Below are positions 38,414 through 46,724 of a stretch of 64,000 bases of DNA, in pieces. This stretch comes from Bacteroidia bacterium. GTDB taxonomy: Bacteria; Bacteroidota; Bacteroidia; NS11-12g; UBA955. A program made the position numbers and the translations under genes. Where the stretch lies: positions 486-64,485 of the forward strand of contig JBBAKM010000007.1 of NCBI GenBank assembly GCA_040403495.1, given 5' to 3'. Numbering within the stretch: position 1 is the first letter of the stretch; every line of letters begins with the position of its first letter. The notes beneath the pieces were generated by a model. It was not told where the DNA came from, did no database searches, and worked only from the letters and a program-made list of their open reading frames with translations.

Positions 38414-38956
38414 TCATTTCCTTTTTATTGTGTGTTTTAATTTAACGACTGCAAAATTCAGTTCTATAGTTGTTTCGGTATTGGTTACATTAAGTTCATT
38501 GCCTATCCAATCTGATATTAATACACTTGTTTGATTCATTATTTCTTTTTGTTTTTCTGGATCTTCGGTTGTATTTATTGTTTCTAGGTTTCTTGTTAGT
38601 TCTTTGAATGTTGCAAATGCTTCTATAATGGAAAGAGTGGTTTGGGTTGCTTTGGCACTTTTTAAAATTGTTGCTAGCATATAAAGCCCTTTTTCAGTAA
38701 AGGCTTTTGGAAGTTTTACTTTCCCTCCAGCTGATAATGAAGACGAAAATTTCGACTTCATTGTATTCCACTCTTCTGTATTTAGATACAATATATACCC
38801 TTCAGGAAATCTATCGGGATTGTTTTTTACTGCCTCATTTACGCGTTTGGTTTCTACACCATACAAGGCAGCCACATCACTATCCAAGATAACTTTTGTT
38901 TCTCGGAGCATCATGATTTTGCTTTCTACTTCGCTATGGGTTAGTTTTCCATTCAT
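38414..38956 (-). CDS. ORF6N-domain (KilA-N-related, phage antirepressor-type) DNA-binding protein
   Basis: 180 aa. The N-terminal 'VILDSDVAALYGVETKRVNEAVKNNPDRFPEGY' is the ORF6N signature. Confidence 0.7.
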   Translation of the reverse strand: MNGKLTHSEVESKIMMLRETKVILDSDVAALYGVETKRVNEAVKNNPDRFPEGYILYLNTEEWNTMKSKFSSSLSAGGKVKLPKAFTEKGLYMLATILKSAKATQTTLSIIEAFATFKELTRNLETINTTEDPEKQKEIMNQTSVLISDWIGNELNVTNTETTIELNFAVVKLKHTIKRK

Positions 38957-38977
38957 TTATTAATTTTCTATTCTTTT

Positions 38978-39092
38978 ATTTACTGCTCTTCGATAAACTC
39001 AGAACAGGCTCCGGCGCTAAGGTCGCGGAGGTTTTCTTCTCTCTGCGCTCTTAGATTTTCACCACGGAGGCGCGGAGGTCGCTGAGGGGATT
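38978..39092. repeat. Second copy of the 'gataaactcagaacaggctcc' repeat, extended with accacggaggcgcggaggtcgctgagggg
   Basis: See 32686. The 3' part is GC-rich CGGAG repeats. Confidence 0.75.
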
Positions 39093-39093
39093 T

Positions 39094-40602
39094 TTATTTA
39101 TTCAATATAATTTTATAGGTTTTGGTTTGATAATTGCTTGTTACATTCAAAAAATACATGGCGTTATCCAAATGATTCAAATCTATTGATTGTAAACCCG
39201 ATTGTTTTGAATCATTACTCAAAATTAATTTACCATCAAAAGAAGTTAGCGTGTAGGTTAAATCTGTGTTTTCTGAAAAAATATTAATAATTCCTTGAGA
39301 TGGATTTGGATAAATTTTTACCACAGGATTAAGTCCATCACTAAATTCAACTATTTTGAAATCAGACTGAGTTGGATTCCCTTCAAAATCTACCATTGTT
39401 AATTTGTAAAAATTTAAGCCCAATTGTGCATTAACATGTTTAAATGCATAATTATTAACCAGTGATGAAGTTCCTGCTCCTTTTACTTCTCCTATTTTAG
39501 ACCAATTCGTTCTATCCACACTGGTTTCTAAAACAAAGTGACTGTTGTTGAATTCATTGGTAGTAGTCCAAGTAATTTGAGACACCAAATAACTAGCAGC
39601 TTGTGCATTAAAATCAATTAAGGTAACTGGCAATGGCGTTAATAAGTTAGTTGATTTACTGTAAAAAGCACCACTAGCGGAAGCAGAAGTAACTGTAGTA
39701 TATAATCTTGTATGCTTTACTGCAGATAAAGATGTACCTGTTGAAGGTGCATTTGTCCCTATGGCACCAACTCCGTCATCCCACATTGAAGAACCTTGAT
39801 ACTGAGTCACAAAGGCATCTGCATCTGAAGTATAAGCCGAACCATTAGTTGATGTATTATGTTGAAGTGTTAAATTAGCTGCCGAACCTGAAGTAGAATA
39901 AATATTCCAAGTTCGAAAAATTCCATTATCAGGAACTCTCTCATCAGAAGCAGACTCCGAATAGTTTTTTACTTGAACAAAAAAGTTATCAGTAGAATTG
40001 GGTGTTATGGTTGCAGGGGTATAATCAGTTGTAGCTCTTCCAACGGGGAAATCAAAAGAAGCAGAAGAAGCAATAGATTCTTTAGCTAAAAATCCCGTTC
40101 CATTGGTTACTATATATTGGGTTTCGTCTACATTGGTAATAGTAGCAGCGGATGCAACCTCAAAATTTTGATCTCCTAAAATCAAATGCCCATTTACAAA
40201 ATCCAAACCCGTTGTAATCCTTGCGTATGAATTTGTTAAAGTAACGTTATTGGTATTGTCTATTGCGATATTAATCAACGAAGGATGAGCTCCACCAATA
40301 GTAGAGCTATTACCTCCATCGAGTGTTTGAGCAGCAGCACCTACAAACAAAATCCTTCCTGTTCCAGCTTGTGTAGAAGTAGTATTGGCAAAAATTTCAG
40401 CCCCAGTATTAATAGTAGTAGCAGATCCTAACATGTGTAATGTGGAACCATTTTGAAAAAACATTTGTGCATCTACTCCTAATTGCAAATTACCAAAGTT
40501 ACCCATTTCTCCAAAAACTGAAAAAGAGCCATTGATATTAGTTTGGGAATGTGTTGCATTTATAAATAGCAATGTAAAAGCAAATAGAAGTGACTTCTTC
40601 AT
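39094..40602 (-). CDS. Secreted protein with a T9SS type-A (Por_Secre_tail) C-terminal sorting domain
   Basis: The start is taken at MKKSLLFAFTLLFINATHSQ, a signal peptide. The C-terminal ~80 aa, 'KIYPNPSQGIINIF…YFLNVTSNYQTKTYKIILNK', is the type-A CTD pattern. Confidence 0.7.
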   Translation of the reverse strand: MKKSLLFAFTLLFINATHSQTNINGSFSVFGEMGNFGNLQLGVDAQMFFQNGSTLHMLGSATTINTGAEIFANTTSTQAGTGRILFVGAAAQTLDGGNSSTIGGAHPSLINIAIDNTNNVTLTNSYARITTGLDFVNGHLILGDQNFEVASAATITNVDETQYIVTNGTGFLAKESIASSASFDFPVGRATTDYTPATITPNSTDNFFVQVKNYSESASDERVPDNGIFRTWNIYSTSGSAANLTLQHNTSTNGSAYTSDADAFVTQYQGSSMWDDGVGAIGTNAPSTGTSLSAVKHTRLYTTVTSASASGAFYSKSTNLLTPLPVTLIDFNAQAASYLVSQITWTTTNEFNNSHFVLETSVDRTNWSKIGEVKGAGTSSLVNNYAFKHVNAQLGLNFYKLTMVDFEGNPTQSDFKIVEFSDGLNPVVKIYPNPSQGIINIFSENTDLTYTLTSFDGKLILSNDSKQSGLQSIDLNHLDNAMYFLNVTSNYQTKTYKIILNK

Positions 40603-41150
40603 TTTAAAAATATTTAATTGATATGTTTTAATATTATAGTTCATAATGTTTGATTGATTAAATTGTACTAAGTGGTTCATTTTTGTGTAATTTAAAGTGC
40701 AGCAAAGTTAAGAACGTAATTAATGCTAATATTTTTACAGTAATGAAAGTGAATAAATATTTTCCCAAATGACCTTAAAATGAAACGAAATTACCTTTTT
40801 AGCTTTCGAGAGTAATTCAAAACCTATAGAATAGGGTATAAAAAGGTGTTAAATTAATGTTAATTTCACCAAATACACTCCCATTGATTGAAACCAATGT
40901 ACTACAACATGCTTTTTGTACTACAAATTTCACACAACATTCATTTTCGCTCACCGCTATTGATTAATACTTTGAAAATCAATCCATGAAAATAACATAA
41001 GTTAGAAAAAAAACCACAAACGAAGTACATAAAAAGATAAAACACTATATTTAAGTATAAAAATAGACTATAAAAATCCAATTAATAAGAAAAATGTACC
41101 CATTATTATAAAGTACTCGATAAAAATTTAGGTACTTTCATTTAAAATAA

Positions 41151-41180
41151 AAGGTCATTTGTTAGTCAGAAGGTCATTTT
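41151..41180 (+). promoter_or_regulatory. Direct repeat aaggtcattt-N9-aaggtcattt about 80-100 bp upstream of the regulator gene cluster; a candidate LytTR-type or LuxR-type operator
   Basis: The core aggtcattt is at 41152-41160 and again at 41171-41179, giving a 19-bp period. An AT-rich tattatataaa -7-like element lies about 30 bp downstream. Confidence 0.35.
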
Positions 41181-41257
41181 GAAGTTTTCCAAAAAATAGT
41201 ATTATATAAAAGGGACTAATTTCGAAAAAATTAATTGAATCTATTTCAATATACTAA

Positions 41258-41923
41258 TTGACAATGCAACAACTCATAATTATCAACAAAGACAAAGAAC
41301 AGGCGGAAGATTTAAAAAGTATGCTTTCACCTCATTATTTTGTTAGAGGCATCTTTTCTAACATTGAGAGTTTTATTGAAGTGATGTCACTAAAAACACA
41401 TATTTACATTATCATTTATTGCAATAAGACCATCGATAATTTTGCAGCAGTAAAAAGCTCAAGAATCATTATTTACAACAGTTTAGAAAATGACAAGCTA
41501 ATATTTAATGCCATACAATTAGGAGTAAAAGGTTTTGTAAATCATACTCAGAAAATAAATGAGTTATTAGACATTATAGAAATAATCATTATGGGTGGTT
41601 GCTATGTAAGTAATACCATTATTTACAAACTCTTTAAACACATACAAGACATCAATGATTTAATCCTAGGAAAAAAAATACAGAAATACGACACACTATC
41701 CAGAAGAGAAGTAATGGTTTTTGAACAACTTCTTAGTGGATATTCGTACAAAGAAATTTCTACAAACCTTGGCATTTCAGTTGACACAACACGTAAACAC
41801 ATCAGTAGAATTTACAAAAAAATAAATATTCACAGCAAAGGAGAACTTTATAATCTACATTATAATGTTCAAATAAAATCCAAACAGTACAATCAATTAT
41901 TTCCACAATACATTAAACAATAA
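41258..41923 (+). CDS. LuxR/FixJ-family transcriptional regulator with a degenerate N-terminal receiver-like domain
   Basis: 221 aa. The C-terminal HTH 'LSRREVMVFEQLLSGYSYKEISTNLGISVDTTRKHISRIYKKINIHSKGEL' is the GerE/LuxR type. The N-terminal ~120 aa are receiver-sized but lack an obvious DD…D…K phospho-acceptor set. Confidence 0.7.
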   Translation: MTMQQLIIINKDKEQAEDLKSMLSPHYFVRGIFSNIESFIEVMSLKTHIYIIIYCNKTIDNFAAVKSSRIIIYNSLENDKLIFNAIQLGVKGFVNHTQKINELLDIIEIIIMGGCYVSNTIIYKLFKHIQDINDLILGKKIQKYDTLSRREVMVFEQLLSGYSYKEISTNLGISVDTTRKHISRIYKKINIHSKGELYNLHYNVQIKSKQYNQLFPQYIKQ

Positions 41924-41928
41924 TAACC

Positions 41929-42519
41929 ATGATTACTTCAAGAAAAACCAAAAGAAAATCCAATACACCTTTTTACAATATCTGCATAGTGGACGATTCT
42001 CACATTTATGCATTAGGCTTAAAAAACAGCATTGATAAGAGTCTAAATAGAACGGCTCACTCATTCGTTTTTCATCACAAAAGTTTAGATGAAATTAACA
42101 CATCAAGCACAGCTCCTATTGATATTTTATTTATAGATTACGATGATTTACTTCTTCCTCAATTTAACACCATTTTCTCAAAATTGAAAAGAAAAAATCC
42201 AAGTATGAAACTTATCGTTTCTACGGCTGATTTGCTAAATATAGATTTCATAAAATTATACACCTATAACATCAATGGATTATTCTCCAAAAGCTTAAGT
42301 ACAAAAGCATTTAATATTTATTTTAAACGTGTTTTAGATCAAACCATGTTTATTGACCAATATAGTATTAGAAGAATTGTAGAAGAAGAGAAGAAGCAAA
42401 AAATTAGGTACTATTATAAATCTGTTTCACTTCAAAACTTGGAGTTGATTCAAAATCGTTATTTGAACTATACACCCTATTTTGTTGACAAAGAAGCTTT
42501 ATCATTTCTTCAGCAGTAA
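41929..42519 (+). CDS. Stand-alone receiver-like (possibly pseudo-receiver) domain protein
   Basis: 196 aa. The 'ICIVDDSH…DILFIDYDD…LIVSTAD' pattern resembles a CheY-like fold. No output domain is present. Confidence 0.4.
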   Translation: MITSRKTKRKSNTPFYNICIVDDSHIYALGLKNSIDKSLNRTAHSFVFHHKSLDEINTSSTAPIDILFIDYDDLLLPQFNTIFSKLKRKNPSMKLIVSTADLLNIDFIKLYTYNINGLFSKSLSTKAFNIYFKRVLDQTMFIDQYSIRRIVEEEKKQKIRYYYKSVSLQNLELIQNRYLNYTPYFVDKEALSFLQQ

Positions 42520-42600
42520 ATTAAAACTTATAAACTTGAAATAACCTACAATTTAATGTTAATTTGCATTAATTTATTGGTACTTTATTGAAATCAAAAA

Positions 42601-43329
42601 ATGTTTAGCGCCATATTAATAGACGATCAAGAAGAAATTATAGTTTCTATTAGCAAAATGATTGCTCATTTTTTCAATGAGGATATTAAAATTATTGGCA
42701 CTTATACTTCATCTGAAGAGGCAATCATTTCATTATCGGAAACTGAACCCGATCTTATTTTCATGGATATGGAAATGCCCTATTTAAATGGACTTGATGC
42801 TATCAATTTAATTCCCGACAATATAAAATCAAAAGTTATTGTTATTTCAGGCAAAGATCAATATGCTATAAAAGCACTTAAATTCAATGTATTTGATTAT
42901 TTATTAAAACCTGTTTCTTTGATTGAGTTTAAAAAATGTATCGAAAAACTAAAGGCCGAAGAAGCGTTAATTAAAGTCAATCAAAATGAAGTTAAATCAA
43001 ATACCATTGTTATTGATAGTAAATTCAAAACCTATTTTTTAGAATTTCCACTTATTAATCACATAAAGTCGAAATCCTCACATACGCTTATTAATATTGA
43101 AAATCAGGAACAGTTAGTTCCTCGACCTATAAAATATTTTGAAGAAATACTCCCTAAAACACTTTTTTTCTCCCCTCACAGATGTCATATTGTAAACTTT
43201 AACTTTATTAAGGAACTTCGTAAATCCGAAAATGGCGGTGCTATTATGGTTTTAAAGGATGATACCCAAATTGAAATGTCAAAAAAGAAGAGAGTTAGCT
43301 TTATGACTCACTTCAAATACAAGTTTTAG
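42601..43329 (+). CDS. LytTR-family response regulator, paralogue of 28672..29367
   Basis: 242 aa. The receiver 'ILIDDQEE…DLIFMDMEMPYLNG…VIVISGKDQYAIKALKFNVFDYLLKP' is followed by a LytTR domain. No kinase gene is adjacent. Confidence 0.85.
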   Translation: MFSAILIDDQEEIIVSISKMIAHFFNEDIKIIGTYTSSEEAIISLSETEPDLIFMDMEMPYLNGLDAINLIPDNIKSKVIVISGKDQYAIKALKFNVFDYLLKPVSLIEFKKCIEKLKAEEALIKVNQNEVKSNTIVIDSKFKTYFLEFPLINHIKSKSSHTLINIENQEQLVPRPIKYFEEILPKTLFFSPHRCHIVNFNFIKELRKSENGGAIMVLKDDTQIEMSKKKRVSFMTHFKYKF

Positions 43330-43514
43330 TGTTTGGGGGTCGTGAAAAAGTTATAAAAACCTTGTTCATTTGTTATAATTGTTAATCCCGTTAGTATTTC
43401 GTAAGATTTGCTAGCGGTTTTTTCTTAGCCTTTTTTGTGCTTGAGCTAAGCTCAGACTAAATTCTCAGAGATTATCCACTCGAACTCAAGAGTTCTCATC
43501 TCTTAAGCAAAAAA

Positions 43515-43540
43515 AAACAGGCGGTAAGCCTGTTTGTTTT
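43515..43540. terminator. Bidirectional rho-independent terminator (aaacaggc-ggtaa-gcctgttt flanked by an A9 run upstream and a T-rich run downstream)
   Basis: A perfect 8-bp stem with a 5-nt loop is flanked by caaaaaaaaa on the left and gtttgtttt on the right. Confidence 0.65.
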
Positions 43541-43557
43541 GCGGAGAGTAAGAGATT
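43541..43557 (-). repeat. 17-nt duplicate of the tRNA-Ser 3' end (gcggagagtaagagatt = the T-arm/acceptor 3' part); att-like remnant
   Basis: It is identical to 43717-43733 inside the intact tRNA gene. Confidence 0.7.
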
Positions 43558-43672
43558 ATTGGCATGATCTCTGTGAGGAGTGGCTTCAAGACACTACAAA
43601 ACCTAGCCGTTACACGGCTGGTCTTTTTTTATGCCCTTTTTTGTGCTTGAGCTAAGCTCAGACAAAAAAAGG

Positions 43673-43702
43673 GCATAAAAAAACCTCAATAAAATTGAGG
43701 TT
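43673..43702 (-). terminator. Terminator immediately 3' of tRNA-Ser (cctcaat-ttt-attgagg stem followed by T7 on the minus strand)
   Basis: The forward strand reads aaaaaaacctcaataaaattgaggtttt. On the minus strand a hairpin is followed by ttttttt. Confidence 0.65.
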
Positions 43703-43713
43703 TTGTAGAGTCT

Positions 43714-43801
43714 TGGCGGAGAGTAAGAGATTCGAACTCTTGATACCTTGCGATATACACGCTTTCCAAGCGTGCTCCTTAAACCACTCGGACAACTCTC
43801 C
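43714..43801 (-). tRNA. tRNA-Ser (anticodon GGA), type II with a long variable arm; the CCA end is encoded
   Basis: The minus strand reads GGAGAGTTGTCCGAGTGGTTTAAGGAGCACGCTTGGAAAGCGTGTATATCGCAAGGTATCAAGAGTTCGAATCTCTTACTCTCCGCCA. It has a 7-bp acceptor stem, a D-arm with GG, an anticodon stem CACGC/GCGTG with loop TTGGAAA, a long extra arm and a T-arm GTTCGAATC. Confidence 0.9.
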
Positions 43802-43852
43802 TTTATTCGTTTGCAAAAATAATCCTATTTTTTATTAAAAAAATTGCATTAT

Positions 43853-43911
43853 TTATACACGCTTTCTCCCGAAACCTCGGGATGCTCCTTAAACCACTCG
43901 GACAACTCTCC
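43853..43911 (-). pseudogene. Partial tRNA-Ser copy (5' acceptor + D-arm + part of the variable arm) with the anticodon arm replaced by an unrelated hairpin; tRNA fragment
   Basis: 43884-43911 is identical to 43774-43801, and 43853-43865 to 43751-43763. The segment caagcgt is replaced by tcccgaaacctcgggat, and no 3' half is present. Confidence 0.7.
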
Positions 43912-44019
43912 TTTTTCTAACGGATTGCAAAATTAATGCTTTTTAATTTAACTATTAAAGTTTTATTGCTCAATTTCTAAGTAATTTTACACCTTAACCT
44001 TTTATTCATTATTTTGAAA

Positions 44020-44460
44020 TGAACAGACTCCAAGCATGGCGTCCCTATCATTATCCATTTTCCAATAGCTATTGGGATTATTCCACCCCAAATTCTTTTT
44101 GTCATCTTTATTGCAAGGGAAAAGCAAAAAAGTCGCCAAAAATATTGTGTGGGTTTGCTCATAACCACGGGGGAAAAACCTATCCACGGGTTAAAAACCC
44201 TAACCACGGGTTAAAAACCCTAACCACGGGTTAAAACCCGTGGCTATTATTATTATTATGGTCTTGTGAAGGATTATTTTCTATTTCCCCGATAGCTATC
44301 GGGACTATTAACCAACAACATCACGTTGAACATCGTGAAACCATTCAAAACCCTTCGAGAAAATCTCTCACGTGACTAGGCTCAGCCTAGTGGGTGACAC
44401 CTAAACAATCACGCTGAACGGCGTGAAACCTCCCAAGGATTCGGGACTATTAACTCTTTT
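44020..44460. repeat. Mosaic intergenic repeat element (family A copy 2) including a 20-bp tandem array ccacggg(tt/gg)aaaaaccctaa x ~3.5
   Basis: It shares blocks with 20120-20600 and 23590-23930. The tandem units lie at 44165-44240. Confidence 0.8.
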
Positions 44461-44494
44461 TGTCTCTTTCTTTTTTTAATTGTAGGTTTGTAAC

Positions 44495-45097
44495 ATGAAA
44501 TTTATTGAATTGGACCAAATCCAACAGTATGAAATTCTGGATACTCGAATTCCCGACCTTTTTGAACGTGGCTTTATTCCCCGTTCTATCAACGTAGGTC
44601 TTAATGGCTCTTTTGAACAAAAATTAAAAACTGTGTTTCCCGATACCTCTACCCCATTATTGGTTGTATCTGACAAAAATGAACTCTCACTCAATCAGTT
44701 GAATGAATTGGGCTATTCCAATCTCGTTTTCTTAGAAAATGGCTTTAAAACATACGCCCAAGCTCAATTGCCTATTGATGTTATTATTAGTGTATCAACT
44801 GAAGAGTTTGAGCTCGACCTAAATTTTAACAATGAATTTGTTGTGGATGTTCGCAATCCCGAAAAATACAACAATGGCCATGTGCTCGAAGCTATTAATA
44901 TTCCCTACACTGAACTGCCTAGTAAACTTCATGCTTTACCCAAAGACAAAGTTATTTACTTGTATTGTAGCAGTGGTTATAGCAGTATGATTGCTTCTAG
45001 TTTGCTCAGAAAAAACGGCTTTCTCCTGATTAAAAATGTGTATGGAGGAATTGAACAAATTAGTAAAACTAAAATTCCAATTATTCAAAACGCTTGA
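44495..45097 (+). CDS. Tandem rhodanese-like domain protein (sulfurtransferase-like)
   Basis: 200 aa. The second domain carries the active-site Cys loop 'YCSSGYSSMIAS', and the first domain looks inactive. Confidence 0.65.
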   Translation: MKFIELDQIQQYEILDTRIPDLFERGFIPRSINVGLNGSFEQKLKTVFPDTSTPLLVVSDKNELSLNQLNELGYSNLVFLENGFKTYAQAQLPIDVIISVSTEEFELDLNFNNEFVVDVRNPEKYNNGHVLEAINIPYTELPSKLHALPKDKVIYLYCSSGYSSMIASSLLRKNGFLLIKNVYGGIEQISKTKIPIIQNA

Positions 45098-46632
45098 CCT
45101 TTATTCGCCGAATAAATCGAACCCATTTTATGCTTTTCGTAGCCTTTTGGCTGCTGTTCAATGCATTTATTGGTCGTTTTGATAGCTTCAATAAACCTCC
45201 TATGGGGGTTCATCAAAGTGCGCAGTGTGATAGACTCTCTTTGGCACAAAACTATTACTACAATGGTTTTCGTTTTTTTTATCCCGAAGTCAATGAAAAC
45301 CGATGTATAGACGGTATCGTTTCGTGTGAATTTCCATTGATGAGTTATTTGGCTGCGGGTTTATTTAAAATGGGTTCTTACAATGAGTTTTATTTTCGAT
45401 TACTCAGTTTTTTAGTCTTTAGTTTGGGTATCTATGCACTCTTTCTTCTTTTATTGCGCTATTTCAATCCATTTATATCACTTGCCCTTATTGGATTGTT
45501 CAATGCCTCTCCTATTGTTCTTTTTTATGCAAATAACTTTTTACCTGACATCGCCTCTCTTGGTCTAGCATTGTGTGCTTGGTATTTCTTTTTCAAAGGC
45601 TTTGTGGCTCATTCATACCTACCGGCACAACTCACAAAAACAGATTCACTCCTTTTTTGCATAACCCTTAGTTTGAGTATTGCTATCAAAACTACCTCAA
45701 TGATTCAGTGGTTTACCCTGTTTTTTGTAGGTTTTATTGCCTTACTCTTTCCAAGTAAATTCAAAATTCAAGCACCAAAAACCCTATTCACGCTCCTTAT
45801 CATTTCATTAATTTTACCACTATCATGGTATTTTTGGAGTCAACATTTGGGTAAGATACACAACAGCGCTTATTTTTTAATGCAAATCCCCGACTTTACC
45901 GGTTGGAATGATTATTTCGACGATTGGCATGTCTATTTGGCTAATTGGCCTTCGCAAACTTTCACAGCACCAGTCATTTACGTTTTGTTTGGTTTGTTAG
46001 TTTTAAATCTATTTTTATATCCCGTTTTGAATAAAACGTTGTGGCTAATTTCCTCCATCAACACATTAGGCACTTTGGCTTTTTTATCATTAATGATTCA
46101 TCAATTTAAGTATCACGACTATTATGTATTGTGCTTACTACCTGCTTTTTTTCTGAATTGGATTTCACTGGGGACTGCAATTAAACAATTAAACCCTCAA
46201 TTTTGGTTTATTAAAGTAAGCGCCATTATCCTTTTATTAGTTGGGCTCAACTATCAATTCAACTTTGGCAAACGATACCTAAAAGAACGTTATACGCAAG
46301 GTAATTACTGGGAACAGTCTCACATTAATGCTTTTGACTATGGGGCGCTTAAAACACAATTAAACGCTATTGGCATAAACAGAAAGGACTGTGTAATGGT
46401 TGGTTACGACATTTCCCCAAATAATATTTTGTATTACCTTCATCTGAATGGTTTTAGATTTTTCAAGGACCAAGATGAACGCTTAATCACAGAAAACATA
46501 GCACTTAGGCATCCCAATATACTCATTAGTAATTCTAGCGATTTTGAACAACAAGTAATGCCTTATGTAAAAGGATTACAATTGGTTCACACTTACAAAA
46601 ACATTCGTGTTTACAACATTATTTACCCATAA
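45094..46632 (+). CDS. Multi-TM membrane protein, GT-C/PMT-ArnT-like glycosyltransferase candidate
   Basis: 512 aa with 10 or more hydrophobic helices and an N-terminal acidic/aromatic loop motif. It overlaps the rhodanese gene by 4 nt. Its architecture is similar to the partial membrane protein at 1-1383. Confidence 0.4.
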   Translation: MTFIRRINRTHFMLFVAFWLLFNAFIGRFDSFNKPPMGVHQSAQCDRLSLAQNYYYNGFRFFYPEVNENRCIDGIVSCEFPLMSYLAAGLFKMGSYNEFYFRLLSFLVFSLGIYALFLLLLRYFNPFISLALIGLFNASPIVLFYANNFLPDIASLGLALCAWYFFFKGFVAHSYLPAQLTKTDSLLFCITLSLSIAIKTTSMIQWFTLFFVGFIALLFPSKFKIQAPKTLFTLLIISLILPLSWYFWSQHLGKIHNSAYFLMQIPDFTGWNDYFDDWHVYLANWPSQTFTAPVIYVLFGLLVLNLFLYPVLNKTLWLISSINTLGTLAFLSLMIHQFKYHDYYVLCLLPAFFLNWISLGTAIKQLNPQFWFIKVSAIILLLVGLNYQFNFGKRYLKERYTQGNYWEQSHINAFDYGALKTQLNAIGINRKDCVMVGYDISPNNILYYLHLNGFRFFKDQDERLITENIALRHPNILISNSSDFEQQVMPYVKGLQLVHTYKNIRVYNIIYP

Positions 46633-46724
46633 ATAGTTCAATTAAATTGAAGATGCATATAAAAAAATCCCCAATTAGATTGGGGATTTTCTACTAACAT
46701 TTTAAATAATCTGAGTCACACTCG

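Noticed and set aside
43330-43560. tmRNA / other known structured ncRNA in the long spacer
   Set aside because: The 5' GGGG..TGA and 3' T-arm/ACCA tmRNA hallmarks are absent. The hairpins are better explained as terminators and repeat modules.
28400-43801. Intact prophage or ICE next to tRNA-Ser
   Set aside because: No integrase/recombinase, terminase, capsid, portal, tail sheath/tube or conjugation genes are present. Only isolated phage-related domains (ORF6N, S74 chaperone) occur.
44160-44245. Possible CRISPR array (20-bp direct repeats)
   Set aside because: The repeats are directly adjacent with no unique spacers. There are only about 3.5 units and no cas genes. It is a simple tandem repeat.
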